A DNA stretch of 64,000 bases, from NCBI GenBank assembly GCA_963822965.1, contig CAWGJT010000005.1, forward strand, positions 1,440,001 to 1,504,000. The letters run 5' to 3'. How positions within the stretch are numbered: the first letter of the stretch is position 1; each line of letters begins with the position of its first letter. The notes beneath the pieces were generated by a model. It saw nothing but the letters and a program-made list of their open reading frames with translations. It was not told the origin of the DNA and did no database searches. Below, piece after piece: positions 1 through 9,614 of the stretch. Source of the stretch: an uncultured delta proteobacterium. Its GTDB lineage: Bacteria > Myxococcota_A > UBA9160 > UBA4427. A program made the translations under genes and the position numbers.

Positions 1-357
1 CGACACCTCGAGCGCGCCGTTCAAGTCGGTGAAGGGACTCTTCCCGAGGGATCGACGGTCTTTCTCCTCGTGCATGCCGCCAACCGCGACCCCAGGCGGC
101 TCGAGAGGTGCAACGAGCTCCTGTGGCATCGCAGAGGGGGGGAGGATCTGGCCTTTGGTGTCGGCCCGCATGCCTGTCTCGGCGCGGCCGTCGGCAGATT
201 GGTAGGACGCACGCTGTATCGAACGGTGGCGGCGCGCTGCGAGTCACTGCGGGTCACCCCGGGCCCGCACGATCCTCGATTCATCCGCTCTCAGCCGATT
301 CTCGGCATCGAGTCCGTTCGTCTGTTTGCAGAACCCGACCCCGGCCGGCCACGGTAG
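1..357 (+). CDS. Cytochrome P450, C-terminal part (5' end outside window)
   Basis: Frame open from base 1; contains AANRDP and the heme-ligand motif LAFGVGPHACLG; stop 5 nt before the LanM-like start. Confidence 0.9.
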   Translation, partial: RHLERAVQVGEGTLPEGSTVFLLVHAANRDPRRLERCNELLWHRRGGEDLAFGVGPHACLGAAVGRLVGRTLYRTVAARCESLRVTPGPHDPRFIRSQPILGIESVRLFAEPDPGRPR

Positions 358-362
358 CCCCG

Positions 363-2291
363 ATGTCAGGGACGTTTCCTTTGCAGCCGGTCGTCAGCCT
401 GGGTCCGCGCGAAGAGGATTGGGCGGTGGCGATCGCACGCGGCGCACCGCCGTTTCAGCGATTGCGGCATCCGGCCTTTCATACGGGAGGTCCCGAGCCG
501 CACGGCGCCGAGGCTGCGCGCCGGTGGGTCGAAGCCATCTGCGTTGGATCCCCGGACCGTGAGGCGGAGGTGCGGGCGGCTTCGGACCTCGATCTTTCCG
601 GCGTCGTGCAGGCATTCCGGCCGGCCCGGATCGTCAGCGATCAACGTCTCCCGACGTGGGCCGACCTTCTAATCCGGACGATCCGCGCGTTGCCACGGGA
701 GCTGTGCGGCGGTGCGGCGGACGAGGACCCTACCACGGTCGGTACCCGCGCATTCCTGGGCGTGTCGCACCAACTCCTCGATTGGGATCGGCTCAGGTTT
801 CGCTACCCCTTCCTGGACCCCGAGCTTCTCGTCGCGCTCACGAGGCAACTCGTCACGCGCGTCTTACTGGCTTGTGGTGCAACGCTCGAGCTGGAAAACG
901 TCACCCGCGCCGACCCGACATGGGACTTCGGCCGCGGCGCATGGCTGGACCGCCTGTGCGGGTTCGCCGGGCTCAACTTCGTCGTCGGCACCGCGATCCG
1001 GCAGTGGCAACAGAACGCGCTCGAGATTCTCTCGCGGATCGGACGAGACCTTCCACTGCTGCAAGAGGCACTGTTCGCGGGCGTGCCGACCGGCTCGCTC
1101 GTTTCCATCGAAGGAGACCTCGGCGACCGCCACAACGACGGCCGATCGGTGGCCGTTCTGACGTTCGCAAGCGGCAACCGCGTCGTCTACAAGCCGAAGG
1201 ACCTGCGCTGCGCGCGCAAGTTCTTGGGCATGCTGGCGTCCCTCAATGCGGCCAGCCCATCGGTGGCGCTGCCCACGCGGCAGATACTCTGCCGGGAAGA
1301 CTACAGCTGGGAAGCGTACGTCTCGCAGCGTCAGGTGGAAACCGAGGCGGAGGCTGCGCGGTTCTTTCGCCGGTTCGGGATGCTTTTGCGCGTGCTTCAA
1401 CTGGTCGAGGGCCGCGACTTCTGGATCGACAATCTCCGTGTCGACGGTGATCGGCCGGTCTTCATCGACCTCGAATGCATCCTCCATCCGCGCGTGGAGA
1501 CGCTCGGCGATCGGAAAACCATCATGGGGCTCGAGCGTGCGATCTACGAAGAGTCGGTGCTGGCGACCGCGGCCGTGACGCAGCCGGTCGAGGTGCCCGA
1601 CTTCGGCCGGCAGGACTTCGGCGCGTTGTCGTCCTCCGGCGTCAGGGTCCTGCCCCTGGGCATGTGGAGCGGCTACCGCGATCAGCGAAACGGCAACATC
1701 TGGCTGAAGGACGGCCGGCTCTACTGGGCGCCGGACGTCGCGTGGCCGCGTCCGGCTAACAGGCCCGCTGACGCGGTCGATTACCTCGACGATCTGGAAT
1801 CGGGCTACCGGGAAGCACAGGACCTGCTCTTCCGCACCGCCGCGGAGCTGCGCGACGCGACCGGTCCGCTCGCGGGCATCGAGGACGTGCCGGTGCGGGT
1901 GCTCATGCGAAGCACGTGGGAATACCTCGTGCTTCTGCGGGCTTCGCTCGAGCCCACCGCCTTGCTGGACGGCAATGCCCGGGAGCTCGCCTTGGCGAGC
2001 GCGATCCCGACCGCGCCCGACTGGGGTGCCGGAGACGACGCTAGGCGGCGCCTCGCACGGTCCGAACTGGATGCGCTCCGGCTTCTGGATATACCCGAGT
2101 TCTACAACCTGCCCTCGGGCACATCGGCGATCGATCCGTCCCATCTGGCCGTGCCCGACGTATTCTCGGGGTCGGCGCACGAGCGCCTGAGAGAGCGATT
2201 GGATGCCATAGGGTCCTTCGACATAGAGGCCCAGCTGGAAATCCTGCGTACCGCCGTCGGGTCGATAGCCCGGTCGGCGGGCAAGGCATGA
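363..2291 (+). CDS. Stand-alone LanM-type dehydratase/kinase domain (DUF4135), no LanC-like cyclase domain
   Basis: Motifs GDRHNDGRSV, VVYKPKD, DFWIDN, IDLEC, VRVLMRSTWEY, DIPEF match the LanM N-terminal domain; ends at about 640 aa. Start taken at ATG 363 after the P450 stop. Confidence 0.85.
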   Translation: MSGTFPLQPVVSLGPREEDWAVAIARGAPPFQRLRHPAFHTGGPEPHGAEAARRWVEAICVGSPDREAEVRAASDLDLSGVVQAFRPARIVSDQRLPTWADLLIRTIRALPRELCGGAADEDPTTVGTRAFLGVSHQLLDWDRLRFRYPFLDPELLVALTRQLVTRVLLACGATLELENVTRADPTWDFGRGAWLDRLCGFAGLNFVVGTAIRQWQQNALEILSRIGRDLPLLQEALFAGVPTGSLVSIEGDLGDRHNDGRSVAVLTFASGNRVVYKPKDLRCARKFLGMLASLNAASPSVALPTRQILCREDYSWEAYVSQRQVETEAEAARFFRRFGMLLRVLQLVEGRDFWIDNLRVDGDRPVFIDLECILHPRVETLGDRKTIMGLERAIYEESVLATAAVTQPVEVPDFGRQDFGALSSSGVRVLPLGMWSGYRDQRNGNIWLKDGRLYWAPDVAWPRPANRPADAVDYLDDLESGYREAQDLLFRTAAELRDATGPLAGIEDVPVRVLMRSTWEYLVLLRASLEPTALLDGNARELALASAIPTAPDWGAGDDARRRLARSELDALRLLDIPEFYNLPSGTSAIDPSHLAVPDVFSGSAHERLRERLDAIGSFDIEAQLEILRTAVGSIARSAGKA

Positions 2292-2300
2292 ACCCGCGGA

Positions 2301-4583
2301 ATGGATCGACAGCGCGAAGTCGAGAGAGCGACGATGACCGCAGGCCTGGGCACGGCGCCGGTGTCGCGTCGCCTCCATCTTCGACCTCGGTACAAAGCCT
2401 TCGCGGTCGAGGGAGAAGGCCTCTTTCTGATCGGCGATCGCGATCACGAGATCCTCGAGGGACAGATCTTCGTCGACCTGCTGCCTTTCCTCGACGACGG
2501 CGTGGAGGAGACGCTGGTCGCCGATGCGCTCGAGGCAACCTATCCCCGATCCTTCGTGCACTACGCGTTCGAGGTCCTGATCGAGCGCGGGCTGGTGACG
2601 GAAGTCCCGCGCCACGCAACGGTCGGCGAGGAAGCCTTCTGGGACGAACTAGGCCTCGATTGCCGAACGGTGACGGAACGGCTCTCGAAGACCGGGGTCG
2701 CCGTGACCGCTGTCGGCGCGGTCGAGCCGCGACCCGTCGTCGAAGCGCTGAAATCTCTCGGCGTGACGGCGGGTATCGTCGACAGGCCCACCCGGGAATC
2801 CCTGCACGTGGTCCTGACCGATGACTATCTCGATCCCGGGCTGGCGGAGCTGGCAGAGGTCAACCTGCGGGACGACCGGCCATGGCTCCTCGCACGTGGC
2901 GCCGGACCCGAAGTCTGGATCGGCCCCTTGTTCAGAAACGGGCATGGCTGCCTGGAATGCCTGTCGTGGCGGCTGCGGACCAACGCGGCCCTCGAGGCCT
3001 ATGTCGGCCGGCGAGTTGGCGGCACCGGAATCACGAAGGCGATCGCGCAGAACCGGCCGCTCGGGGCCATCGTAGCGAACCTCGTCGCCCTCGAGGCCGC
3101 GAAATGGGCTGCGGGTTGCGCCGAACCGGGATCGCGGGTCAAGACGATCGACCTGCGGACGTTGCAGAGCACGGACCATGCCCTGAAGAAACGTCCGCAA
3201 TGTCGGGTCTGCGGCAACCCCGATCTCCAGACCGAGATCCTCACTCGGCCCGTTTGCATCACCGAGGACGAGCGGCCCGCGCGGGCGACGCTGGACGACC
3301 TCATGCCTTTCGTCAGCAAGGTCACCGGCATCGTTACCAGCCTCGTCCGCGTGGAGACCGGCGTCGAGTCGCTGCATACCTATACCGGATTCTTCGGCTT
3401 CGGCCGCGACGCGTTCGACCTTCAGGCCGTCAAGAACAGCATGCTGAGCCAGGCCGCCGGCGTCGGTACGACGGCCGAGGCGGCGAAAGTCGGCGCAATC
3501 TGCGAAGCCCTCGAACGGTATTCCGGGATGTATCACGGAGACGAGCCGGCAGTCCAGCTCTCGTATGCGGATTTGGATCCGGCGACGGCCGTGCATCCCG
3601 GCACGTGCATGCTCTATAGCAGCCGCCAGTACGCCGCGCGCGAGGAAATCAACGCCAAGGGAGACCCCTTCGAGATGGTGCCGCGGCCGTTCGAGGAGAC
3701 CACGCCTCTTCACTGGACGGGCGTCTGGTCGCTCTCCGCCGCGCGCTTCAAGCTGCTGCCATCGACCTATCTCTTCTATAACTTCCCGCAGCCGCCCGCC
3801 GGGCCGTTCTGTTGGGCCGACTCGAACGGATGCGCCACGGGCGTGACGCTGACGGACGCGATTCGCCGCGGCCTCTATGAGCTGATCGAGCGGGATAGCG
3901 TCGCGGTCTGGTGGTACAACAGGCTGCGCCGGCCCGGCGTCGATCTCGCGAGCTTTCGTAGCGAATATTTCGACTCGTTCCTCGAATCCTACTCGAAGCT
4001 GCAGCGGGACGTCTGGGTCCTGGACGTCACCGGCGATCTGGCGATCCCGACCTTCGTCGCGATCTCACGATCGACCAGCGGCGGGACCGAGGACATCCTT
4101 CTGGCGTTCGGTGCGCATCTCGATGCTCGCGCGGCGATCGAGCATGCGCTGTCCGAGATGAACCATATCTTGCCGGCGGTGCTGCCAGCGAACCGCGACG
4201 CGTCCGGCGACTATCCGTATCCCGATCCGGCGCAGAAGCGGTGGTGGCGCAACGCGACGATCGAGAGCCAGCCCCATCTTCTTCCCGATCCGAAGATGCA
4301 AAGGCTACGTGCCGAGCACTATGGACCCGTCGTTCCGCTCAGCGATTCACAGCAGGCTTCGGCCGTCTGCGCCAGGGTCGAGGAACCCGGGCTGGAGGTC
4401 ATGGTGATCGATCAGACGCGACCGGACGTCGGGATTCCGGTTGCGAAGGTGATCGTCCCGGGGATGCGGCACTTCTGGTCGCGCCTCGCCGCCGGCCGGC
4501 TGTACGACGTCCCAGTGAAGATGGGTTGGCTGGATCGCCCTCGGCGTGAAGAAGAACTGAATCCGATCGCGATGTTTCTCTAG
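2301..4583 (+). CDS. TOMM/LAP cyclodehydratase, fused leader-binding E1-like + YcaO
   Basis: VVLTDDYL, WIGP..GCLECL, RPQCRVCG; YcaO motifs EALERYSG, DSNGCATG, ELIERD, QTRPDVG..KVIVPGMRHFW; C-terminus LNPIAMFL. Alternative start ATG 2334. Confidence 0.93.
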   Translation: MDRQREVERATMTAGLGTAPVSRRLHLRPRYKAFAVEGEGLFLIGDRDHEILEGQIFVDLLPFLDDGVEETLVADALEATYPRSFVHYAFEVLIERGLVTEVPRHATVGEEAFWDELGLDCRTVTERLSKTGVAVTAVGAVEPRPVVEALKSLGVTAGIVDRPTRESLHVVLTDDYLDPGLAELAEVNLRDDRPWLLARGAGPEVWIGPLFRNGHGCLECLSWRLRTNAALEAYVGRRVGGTGITKAIAQNRPLGAIVANLVALEAAKWAAGCAEPGSRVKTIDLRTLQSTDHALKKRPQCRVCGNPDLQTEILTRPVCITEDERPARATLDDLMPFVSKVTGIVTSLVRVETGVESLHTYTGFFGFGRDAFDLQAVKNSMLSQAAGVGTTAEAAKVGAICEALERYSGMYHGDEPAVQLSYADLDPATAVHPGTCMLYSSRQYAAREEINAKGDPFEMVPRPFEETTPLHWTGVWSLSAARFKLLPSTYLFYNFPQPPAGPFCWADSNGCATGVTLTDAIRRGLYELIERDSVAVWWYNRLRRPGVDLASFRSEYFDSFLESYSKLQRDVWVLDVTGDLAIPTFVAISRSTSGGTEDILLAFGAHLDARAAIEHALSEMNHILPAVLPANRDASGDYPYPDPAQKRWWRNATIESQPHLLPDPKMQRLRAEHYGPVVPLSDSQQASAVCARVEEPGLEVMVIDQTRPDVGIPVAKVIVPGMRHFWSRLAAGRLYDVPVKMGWLDRPRREEELNPIAMFL

Positions 4584-4595
4584 GAGGGGGCGTCG

Positions 4596-6134
4596 ATGCA
4601 TTGGCTGTTCGAACAGGCCGAGTGGCAAGCGCCGAGCCTGGAATTGCGACTGAGATTGCGACCGGAGGTCAGTATCAACGAATTGCCTGCGGGCGTCGTC
4701 ATGATCGGCCACGCGTGGGGCGCGCTCCGGCTCGAGGGCATTTCTCAGGCGATCTGCGCTTCGTTGAAGTGCCTGGCGTCCGGCTGGGTCGAGCGATCGG
4801 AGCTCTGGTCGATGGCCTCGAACCGCGGCGCAACAAGCCCTGCGGACATGGCCATTTCGCTCAGTCAGCATAGCTGGACTCTCGATCAGCTCGGCTTTCT
4901 CTGCCGGCTTCAGCTGGCCGTGCACGGCAGATCGCTTATGACGATCGAGCCGCTCTCGTGCGCCGCAAGCCTCGACCTGGGTGGGGTCTCTCGGGTGGCC
5001 GGCACGCCGCGCCTGTCGCGTTTCGCCTATCTGCAGCGTCATGATCACGGCCTGGCGATGGAATCCGCGGTCGCGGCGCACCGGGTGATCCTGCATGACG
5101 TGTCGGGCGCCGCCTTGATCAGCTCGCTGGCCGCTGCAGAGGAGCCCGCAGCCGAGCGCGCGCTCGACGACGAGGTACGGCTTGCGGCGATCAGGCTGCT
5201 GGACGCAGCCGGCATGCTCGAGGGCAGCGAGTGGGCCGCGGCAGCGGGCATCGGGGACGAGTTGCTGAAGATGGGAGAGTTTCACGACCTGCTGTTTCAC
5301 CGCCGCAGCCGGTACGGACGCCACGATGGGGCGTTCGGAGCCGAATTCCCCTACCTGCAGAGCGTGCCTTCGCCACCCGCACTGCCCGCTCGGCTCGCGG
5401 GTACCGCGATCCCACTGCCGTTGCCGAGCGAACGGGACGTCCGCGCGCGGGACCTCTCGCTCACCCAGGCGCTGGAGCGGCGCGTTTCCATCAGGCAGTA
5501 CGATGGCCGGCCGGTCACGCTGCCACAGCTCGGGGAGTTTCTCTTCCGGTGCGCCCGGACGCGGGGGCGATATGGCCCGGCTCCGGCAGCCGGCATGCCC
5601 TATCAGGCGTGCGATCGGCCATATGCCTCGGGCGGGGGCATCCACGACCTCGAGCTGTATCTGATTGCCGGCCGGGTCGAGGATCTTCCCGCCGGGGCCT
5701 ATCACTACGCCGCCGACAGGCACGAATTCGAGATCCTGCCCGCCGGCGAGCAAGCCACCGCGCCGCTGCTCAAGGGGGCCATGCGGGCGTCCGGCGCGAC
5801 GGAGCCGCCGCCGGTCCTGATCAAGATCGCCTCTCGCTTTGGGCGCATGAGCTGGAAATATCGCTCGATCTCCTACGCGACCACCCTCAAGAACGTCGGG
5901 GTGCTCTACCAGACGATGTATCTGGTGGCGACGGCGATGGGATTGGCCGGCTGCGCTCTCGGCTCCGGCGACGACGTCGCCGCCGAAGAGGCCTTGACTC
6001 TCGCGGCGAGGTCGGAAATCGGCGTCGGCGAGTTCATGCTGGGCATTCCGCCGGCAAGGGCGGCGACGGTTTCGAATCGGCAGATCGATCCGACGTGGCT
6101 GCCCCTGGTCCAACCGGATTGGGGACACCACTAG
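4596..6134 (+). CDS. SagB/ThcOx-family FMN-dependent azoline oxidase with N-terminal extension
   Basis: EFHDLLFHRRSR, RRVSIRQY, RPYASGGG, WKY (Lys-Tyr) motif, GVLYQTMYLVATAMGLAGCALG; GGAGG RBS upstream. Confidence 0.93.
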   Translation: MHWLFEQAEWQAPSLELRLRLRPEVSINELPAGVVMIGHAWGALRLEGISQAICASLKCLASGWVERSELWSMASNRGATSPADMAISLSQHSWTLDQLGFLCRLQLAVHGRSLMTIEPLSCAASLDLGGVSRVAGTPRLSRFAYLQRHDHGLAMESAVAAHRVILHDVSGAALISSLAAAEEPAAERALDDEVRLAAIRLLDAAGMLEGSEWAAAAGIGDELLKMGEFHDLLFHRRSRYGRHDGAFGAEFPYLQSVPSPPALPARLAGTAIPLPLPSERDVRARDLSLTQALERRVSIRQYDGRPVTLPQLGEFLFRCARTRGRYGPAPAAGMPYQACDRPYASGGGIHDLELYLIAGRVEDLPAGAYHYAADRHEFEILPAGEQATAPLLKGAMRASGATEPPPVLIKIASRFGRMSWKYRSISYATTLKNVGVLYQTMYLVATAMGLAGCALGSGDDVAAEEALTLAARSEIGVGEFMLGIPPARAATVSNRQIDPTWLPLVQPDWGHH

Positions 6135-6545
6135 CGACCGCCCGCGAGCGCCGTGCTTCATCTGGAGAGGCTCCGGCGGTCACGCCACGGCCGGACGCGC
6201 CCAGGACGCCTGGTAGCGCGCGAGGCAGGTGCCTGAAACGAAGAAGCAGCCACGCAAGTAGCTACTTTCGTTGAGGAGGATAAGCATGATAAGGGGATGG
6301 CGTCTGCAGCCAACGACGTAAGCCCCCGAGATCAGATGGGTTGGTGCCTCCCGTCCCCGTTGGACATCCTCGAGTTGGACGAACGACAACACCCAACGAG
6401 AGGAGGCACCGATGGAACGCTACATCGGGATGGACGTTCACGCCGCGAGCTGCACGCTGGCCGTGATCTCCGAAAAGGGACGCAAGCTCAAGGACTTCCC
6501 GGTCGAGACGAACGGCCAGGCGCTGGCGGGCCTCGTGCCTGTGTA

Positions 6546-6580
6546 GGGAATCATCATTGCAGACTGCCATGATGATTCCC
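6546..6580. repeat. 35-bp near-perfect palindrome inside insertion 1
   Basis: gggaatcatcat-t-gcag-a-ctgc-c-atgatgattccc. Confidence 0.9.
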
Positions 6581-6896
6581 CATGGAAGCGGTCCGAATGA
6601 TCCCGGGCCGCAAGCACCTGGTCTTCGAGGAGGGCCTGCAGAGCGCCTGGCTGTACGAGACGCTGAGCCCACACGTCGACGAGCTGGTGGTGGCCGGGAT
6701 CACCGAGAGCCGGGGACTGAAGAGCGACCAGCGCGACGCCTACGCGCTGGTTGAGAAGCTGCGGATGGGCAACCTCGAGAAGTGCGTGTTCAAGGCGCCT
6801 CGGCAGTTCACCCGCCTGCGCGAGCTCTCGCGCATTCACATGACACTGGTCGGCGACGTCGTGCGGGCGCAGTCGAGGCTCAAGAGCTTGTACCGC

Positions 6897-6943
6897 GGCC
6901 ACGCAGAGCGTGGCTGCGCTTGGCGAGCTTCGCTCGCCCGCGC
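6897..6943. repeat. 47-bp twin-hairpin (REP-like) insertion
   Basis: gccacgc-aga-gcgtggc and ggcgagc-ttc-gctcgcc; CGC repeated at 6894-6896 and 6941-6943. Confidence 0.8.
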
Positions 6944-7579
6944 TCCCGCGGCGTTCCGGTCTCGGGCGAGAACGTGTATGGGATGCGTCATCGCGAAGCG
7001 TGGCAGGCTCAGCTGCCGGCCAACGCGCAGGCGAGGGCGACTCGGCTGTACGCACACTTCGACTTCCTGCTGGAGCAGAAGGGCGAGGCGGAGGCCGATC
7101 TACTTCGCGAGGCGAAGAAGCACCCGATTGTCGGACTGCTGGAAACGGCGCCCGGGTTCGGACCGATCCGAGCGGCCCGGCTGGTTCCCATCGTCGTGAC
7201 GCCGCATCGCTTCCGCACGAGGCGACAGTTGTGGAGCTACTGTGGCCTCGGCATCGTGACCCGCTCGAGCTCGGACTGGGTCCAGACGGCCGATGGCTGG
7301 ATCAAGGCACGCGTTCCGCAGACGAGAGGTCTGTCCCGACAACACAACCGAGCCTTGAAGCACATCTTCAAGGGCGCTGCGACGACGGTGATCACACAGC
7401 GCAACAAGGATCCGATCTATGGACGCTACGAACGGCTTCTCGACGGCGGCACCAAGCCGACACTCGCGAAGCTGAGCTTGGCCCGCATGATTGCAGCCAC
7501 GGTGCTGCGCATGTGGAAGGACGAGAAGGAGTACCGCCCCGGGCGAGCTGGCCCGTCTGTCGAAATACACGAAGGCTAG

Positions 7580-8027
7580 GCAAGGACTCGCTCTGGAGAG
7601 TCTTCGAGAGGACAACCACTCGATCAGGCAGAGGCGAAGAGTGTTCGTATTGCCACGCTTGGCGTGGCCGCGGAGGTGAGCATCCCCGTTCGTCCTGGCC
7701 CACGGCCCCGAGCCCCAAGGTCCGACGGATAAGCTATGCCCCTCCGAAGAACCGAACGAAGCGATGGCCGACCGAGGCCCAGATGGAAGGATGGTTCCCA
7801 CGACCCCGTGGAGAACACAACCGCCAACGAATCGCGCTGCGATCGGCTTGCCCGCGAACCGGGTCTTCGGACCGAGTCACTCGTAGAAGCTCCGCCGCCG
7901 CTCCGGTGGAGCCACGAGCACCATCTCTCAACTCGAGAGCGCCCAGCCAGAGCGGGAGCAGACGCCCGGATCGAAGAATCTGCGGCGATGGGGAAAGTGC
8001 GTCTTGCGCTCCGACCCTATGGAAGGA
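7580..8027 (+). ncRNA. Putative IS110 bridge/seek RNA region in the right noncoding end
   Basis: About 450-nt noncoding end; atggaaggat (7783-7792) equals the predicted circle junction; ggataagc (7727-7734) equals left end 6278-6285. RNA boundaries unknown. Confidence 0.5.
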
Positions 8028-8050
8028 CGGACAAGTCGCGTTCTTGGCGA

Positions 8051-8078
8051 AGGTCCGAGTAGGAGCCTTATGTCAATC
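8051..8078 (+). other. dif-like site 1 (aggtccgagta ggagcc ttatgtcaatc)
   Basis: TTATGTCAA resembles the XerD arm; core of an 81-bp repeat 8024-8104 that is inverted at 10207-10287. Confidence 0.55.
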
Positions 8079-8104
8079 GCCCTCCGGGGTCCCCGCGGCG
8101 GGGC

Positions 8105-8380
8105 TTCTCCCGCCACGTCGTTGTGACCCCAGAGTTCTCAGCCGGTCTCCAGTCCAGGGGAGTGGTCCTCCTCGATGTCAGCGATGGTCGCGTACCTGAC
8201 TCAGGTAGCTCCGTTGCTGGTGCTCGTAGCGCGATGCTGCGGAGGGCCGTAAGCGAAGTCTATTTGGCCCTGACCCGCGCGCGCGAGCGCGTCGCGGTAT
8301 TAGTTGACGAGACGAGTGGTCCGTCCGAGTTGCTGGGACCTGCAATCGAGGAAGGGTATCTCGTCGCAGCAAAGGATTGA
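8105..8380 (+). pseudogene. C-terminal fragment of a UvrD/Rep-like SF1 helicase
   Basis: TPEFSAGLQ..VVLLD and EVYLALTRARERV (motif VI-like); no N-terminal part, begins at the repeat edge. Confidence 0.65.
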
Positions 8381-8555
8381 GAGCCGACCGCCGGGCAGGA
8401 ACGACGCGGGTTGACGACGCTCCTCAATGTGCGCTGTCTTCACGCCTCGGCGCGCAGCCGGCGCTAAGGCGGGCTCCCGGAGCACTGCGTGGTCGAGGGC
8501 GTTCCCGGGGGCCTTCGGCGCGTCTGGTTGCGGGCCTCCGCCGCGCGGCGCCCCG

Positions 8556-9614
8556 TCAGACCCGCGCTTCGTAGACGATGTTGAACGACGTCTCCGTCAC
8601 GCGCCGGAAGTGCGAGTAGCCCGCCTCCTCGAAGACTGCGCGCATGCCCGACTCGCCGGCCTGGGCGCCCATCGCGCGCCCCACCTCCTGGGACAGGGAG
8701 TTCGGCGTGCAGATGAACGTCGAGGCTCCGTAGAAGACCTTCGCCGACGGCAGCTGGTGGTTGACCGCGCGGTCGTCGTGGGCGAAGGGCTCGACCAGCA
8801 TCACGGTGGCGCCGGGCGCCAGGTGCTCGCGAGTGTGGCGCGCGATGCCGACGGGATCGCCCATGTCGTGCAGGCAGTCGAAGAAGCACACCAGGTCGTA
8901 GCTGCCGTCGAAGGCGCTGGCCTTCGACACCCGGAACTGGGCGCGGTCGCCCACGCCGGCGATCTCGGCGGCTTCCCGGGCGGTCTCGATCGACGGTGCG
9001 TGGTAGTCGAAGCCGTGCACGCGGCTCTTGGGGTAGGCCTGCGCCATCACGACCGAGGACACGCCGTGTCCGCAGCCGATGTCGGCCACCTGGATGCCCG
9101 CCCGCAGGCGCGCCTCGACGCCGTCGAGGGCCGGGATCCAGCTGGCGGTGAGGTTCGACTGGTAGCCGGGACGGAAGAACTCGGCGGTGCCGCGGAACAG
9201 GTGCGGATGGTGCTCGCCCCAGCCCATCGCGCCGTCTCCGCGGAACGCCTCCGCGACGCGCTCGAGGTCGTGGAACATCGAGGCGAGCACCAGCGAGCCC
9301 CCGGCCACGTAGGTGGGGGCCTGCCTTCGCGCCAGGGCCATCGCGTGCTCGGCGGGGAGCGTGTAGCGCTGGCTGCCGGCGTCGTAGTCGAGGTAGCCGG
9401 CGGCGGCCTGCTGGTCGAGCCACTCCTGCAGCAGCCGCCGGTTGCAGCCAGTGTGGGACGCGAGCTCGTCCGCATCGATCGGGCCGCGTCCGTCCATGGC
9501 CTCGTAGAGGCCGAGCTCGCTTCCGAGCGCCACCATCGCGATGGTGGTGACGCCACCCATGTCTCCGACGAACCGCCCGACGAACTGCGCGAGCCGTGCC
9601 TGGTCGATCTCCAT
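8556..9614 (-). CDS. Class I SAM-dependent methyltransferase with N-terminal wHTH (Rv2258c-like)
   Basis: VADIGCGHG, FFDCLHDMGDP, MGAQAGE; GGAGGAG RBS before ATG 9614. Confidence 0.92.
   Translation of the reverse strand: MEIDQARLAQFVGRFVGDMGGVTTIAMVALGSELGLYEAMDGRGPIDADELASHTGCNRRLLQEWLDQQAAAGYLDYDAGSQRYTLPAEHAMALARRQAPTYVAGGSLVLASMFHDLERVAEAFRGDGAMGWGEHHPHLFRGTAEFFRPGYQSNLTASWIPALDGVEARLRAGIQVADIGCGHGVSSVVMAQAYPKSRVHGFDYHAPSIETAREAAEIAGVGDRAQFRVSKASAFDGSYDLVCFFDCLHDMGDPVGIARHTREHLAPGATVMLVEPFAHDDRAVNHQLPSAKVFYGASTFICTPNSLSQEVGRAMGAQAGESGMRAVFEEAGYSHFRRVTETSFNIVYEARV

Larger units (their letters stand above)
6412..7579 (+). pseudogene. IS110 DEDD transposase broken into three frames by 56-bp and 47-bp insertions
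   Basis: MERYIGMDVHA (AGGAGG RBS), VFEEG, KSDQRDA, PGFGPIRAA, RFRTRRQLWSYCGL, TRSSS. Deleting 6527-6582 and 6897-6943 gives one 354-aa ORF. Confidence 0.88.
6277..8027 (+). mobile_element. IS110-family insertion sequence (inactivated), AGGA at both junctions
   Basis: Transposase remnant plus long 3' noncoding end; AGGA at 6277-6280 and 8024-8027; removing the element restores similarity to the uninterrupted paralogous sequence at 10281-10297. Confidence 0.75.

Noticed and set aside
6135..6400. RiPP precursor peptide after the oxidase
   Set aside because: No short ORF with RBS and Cys/Ser/Thr-rich core; most of the interval is the IS left end.
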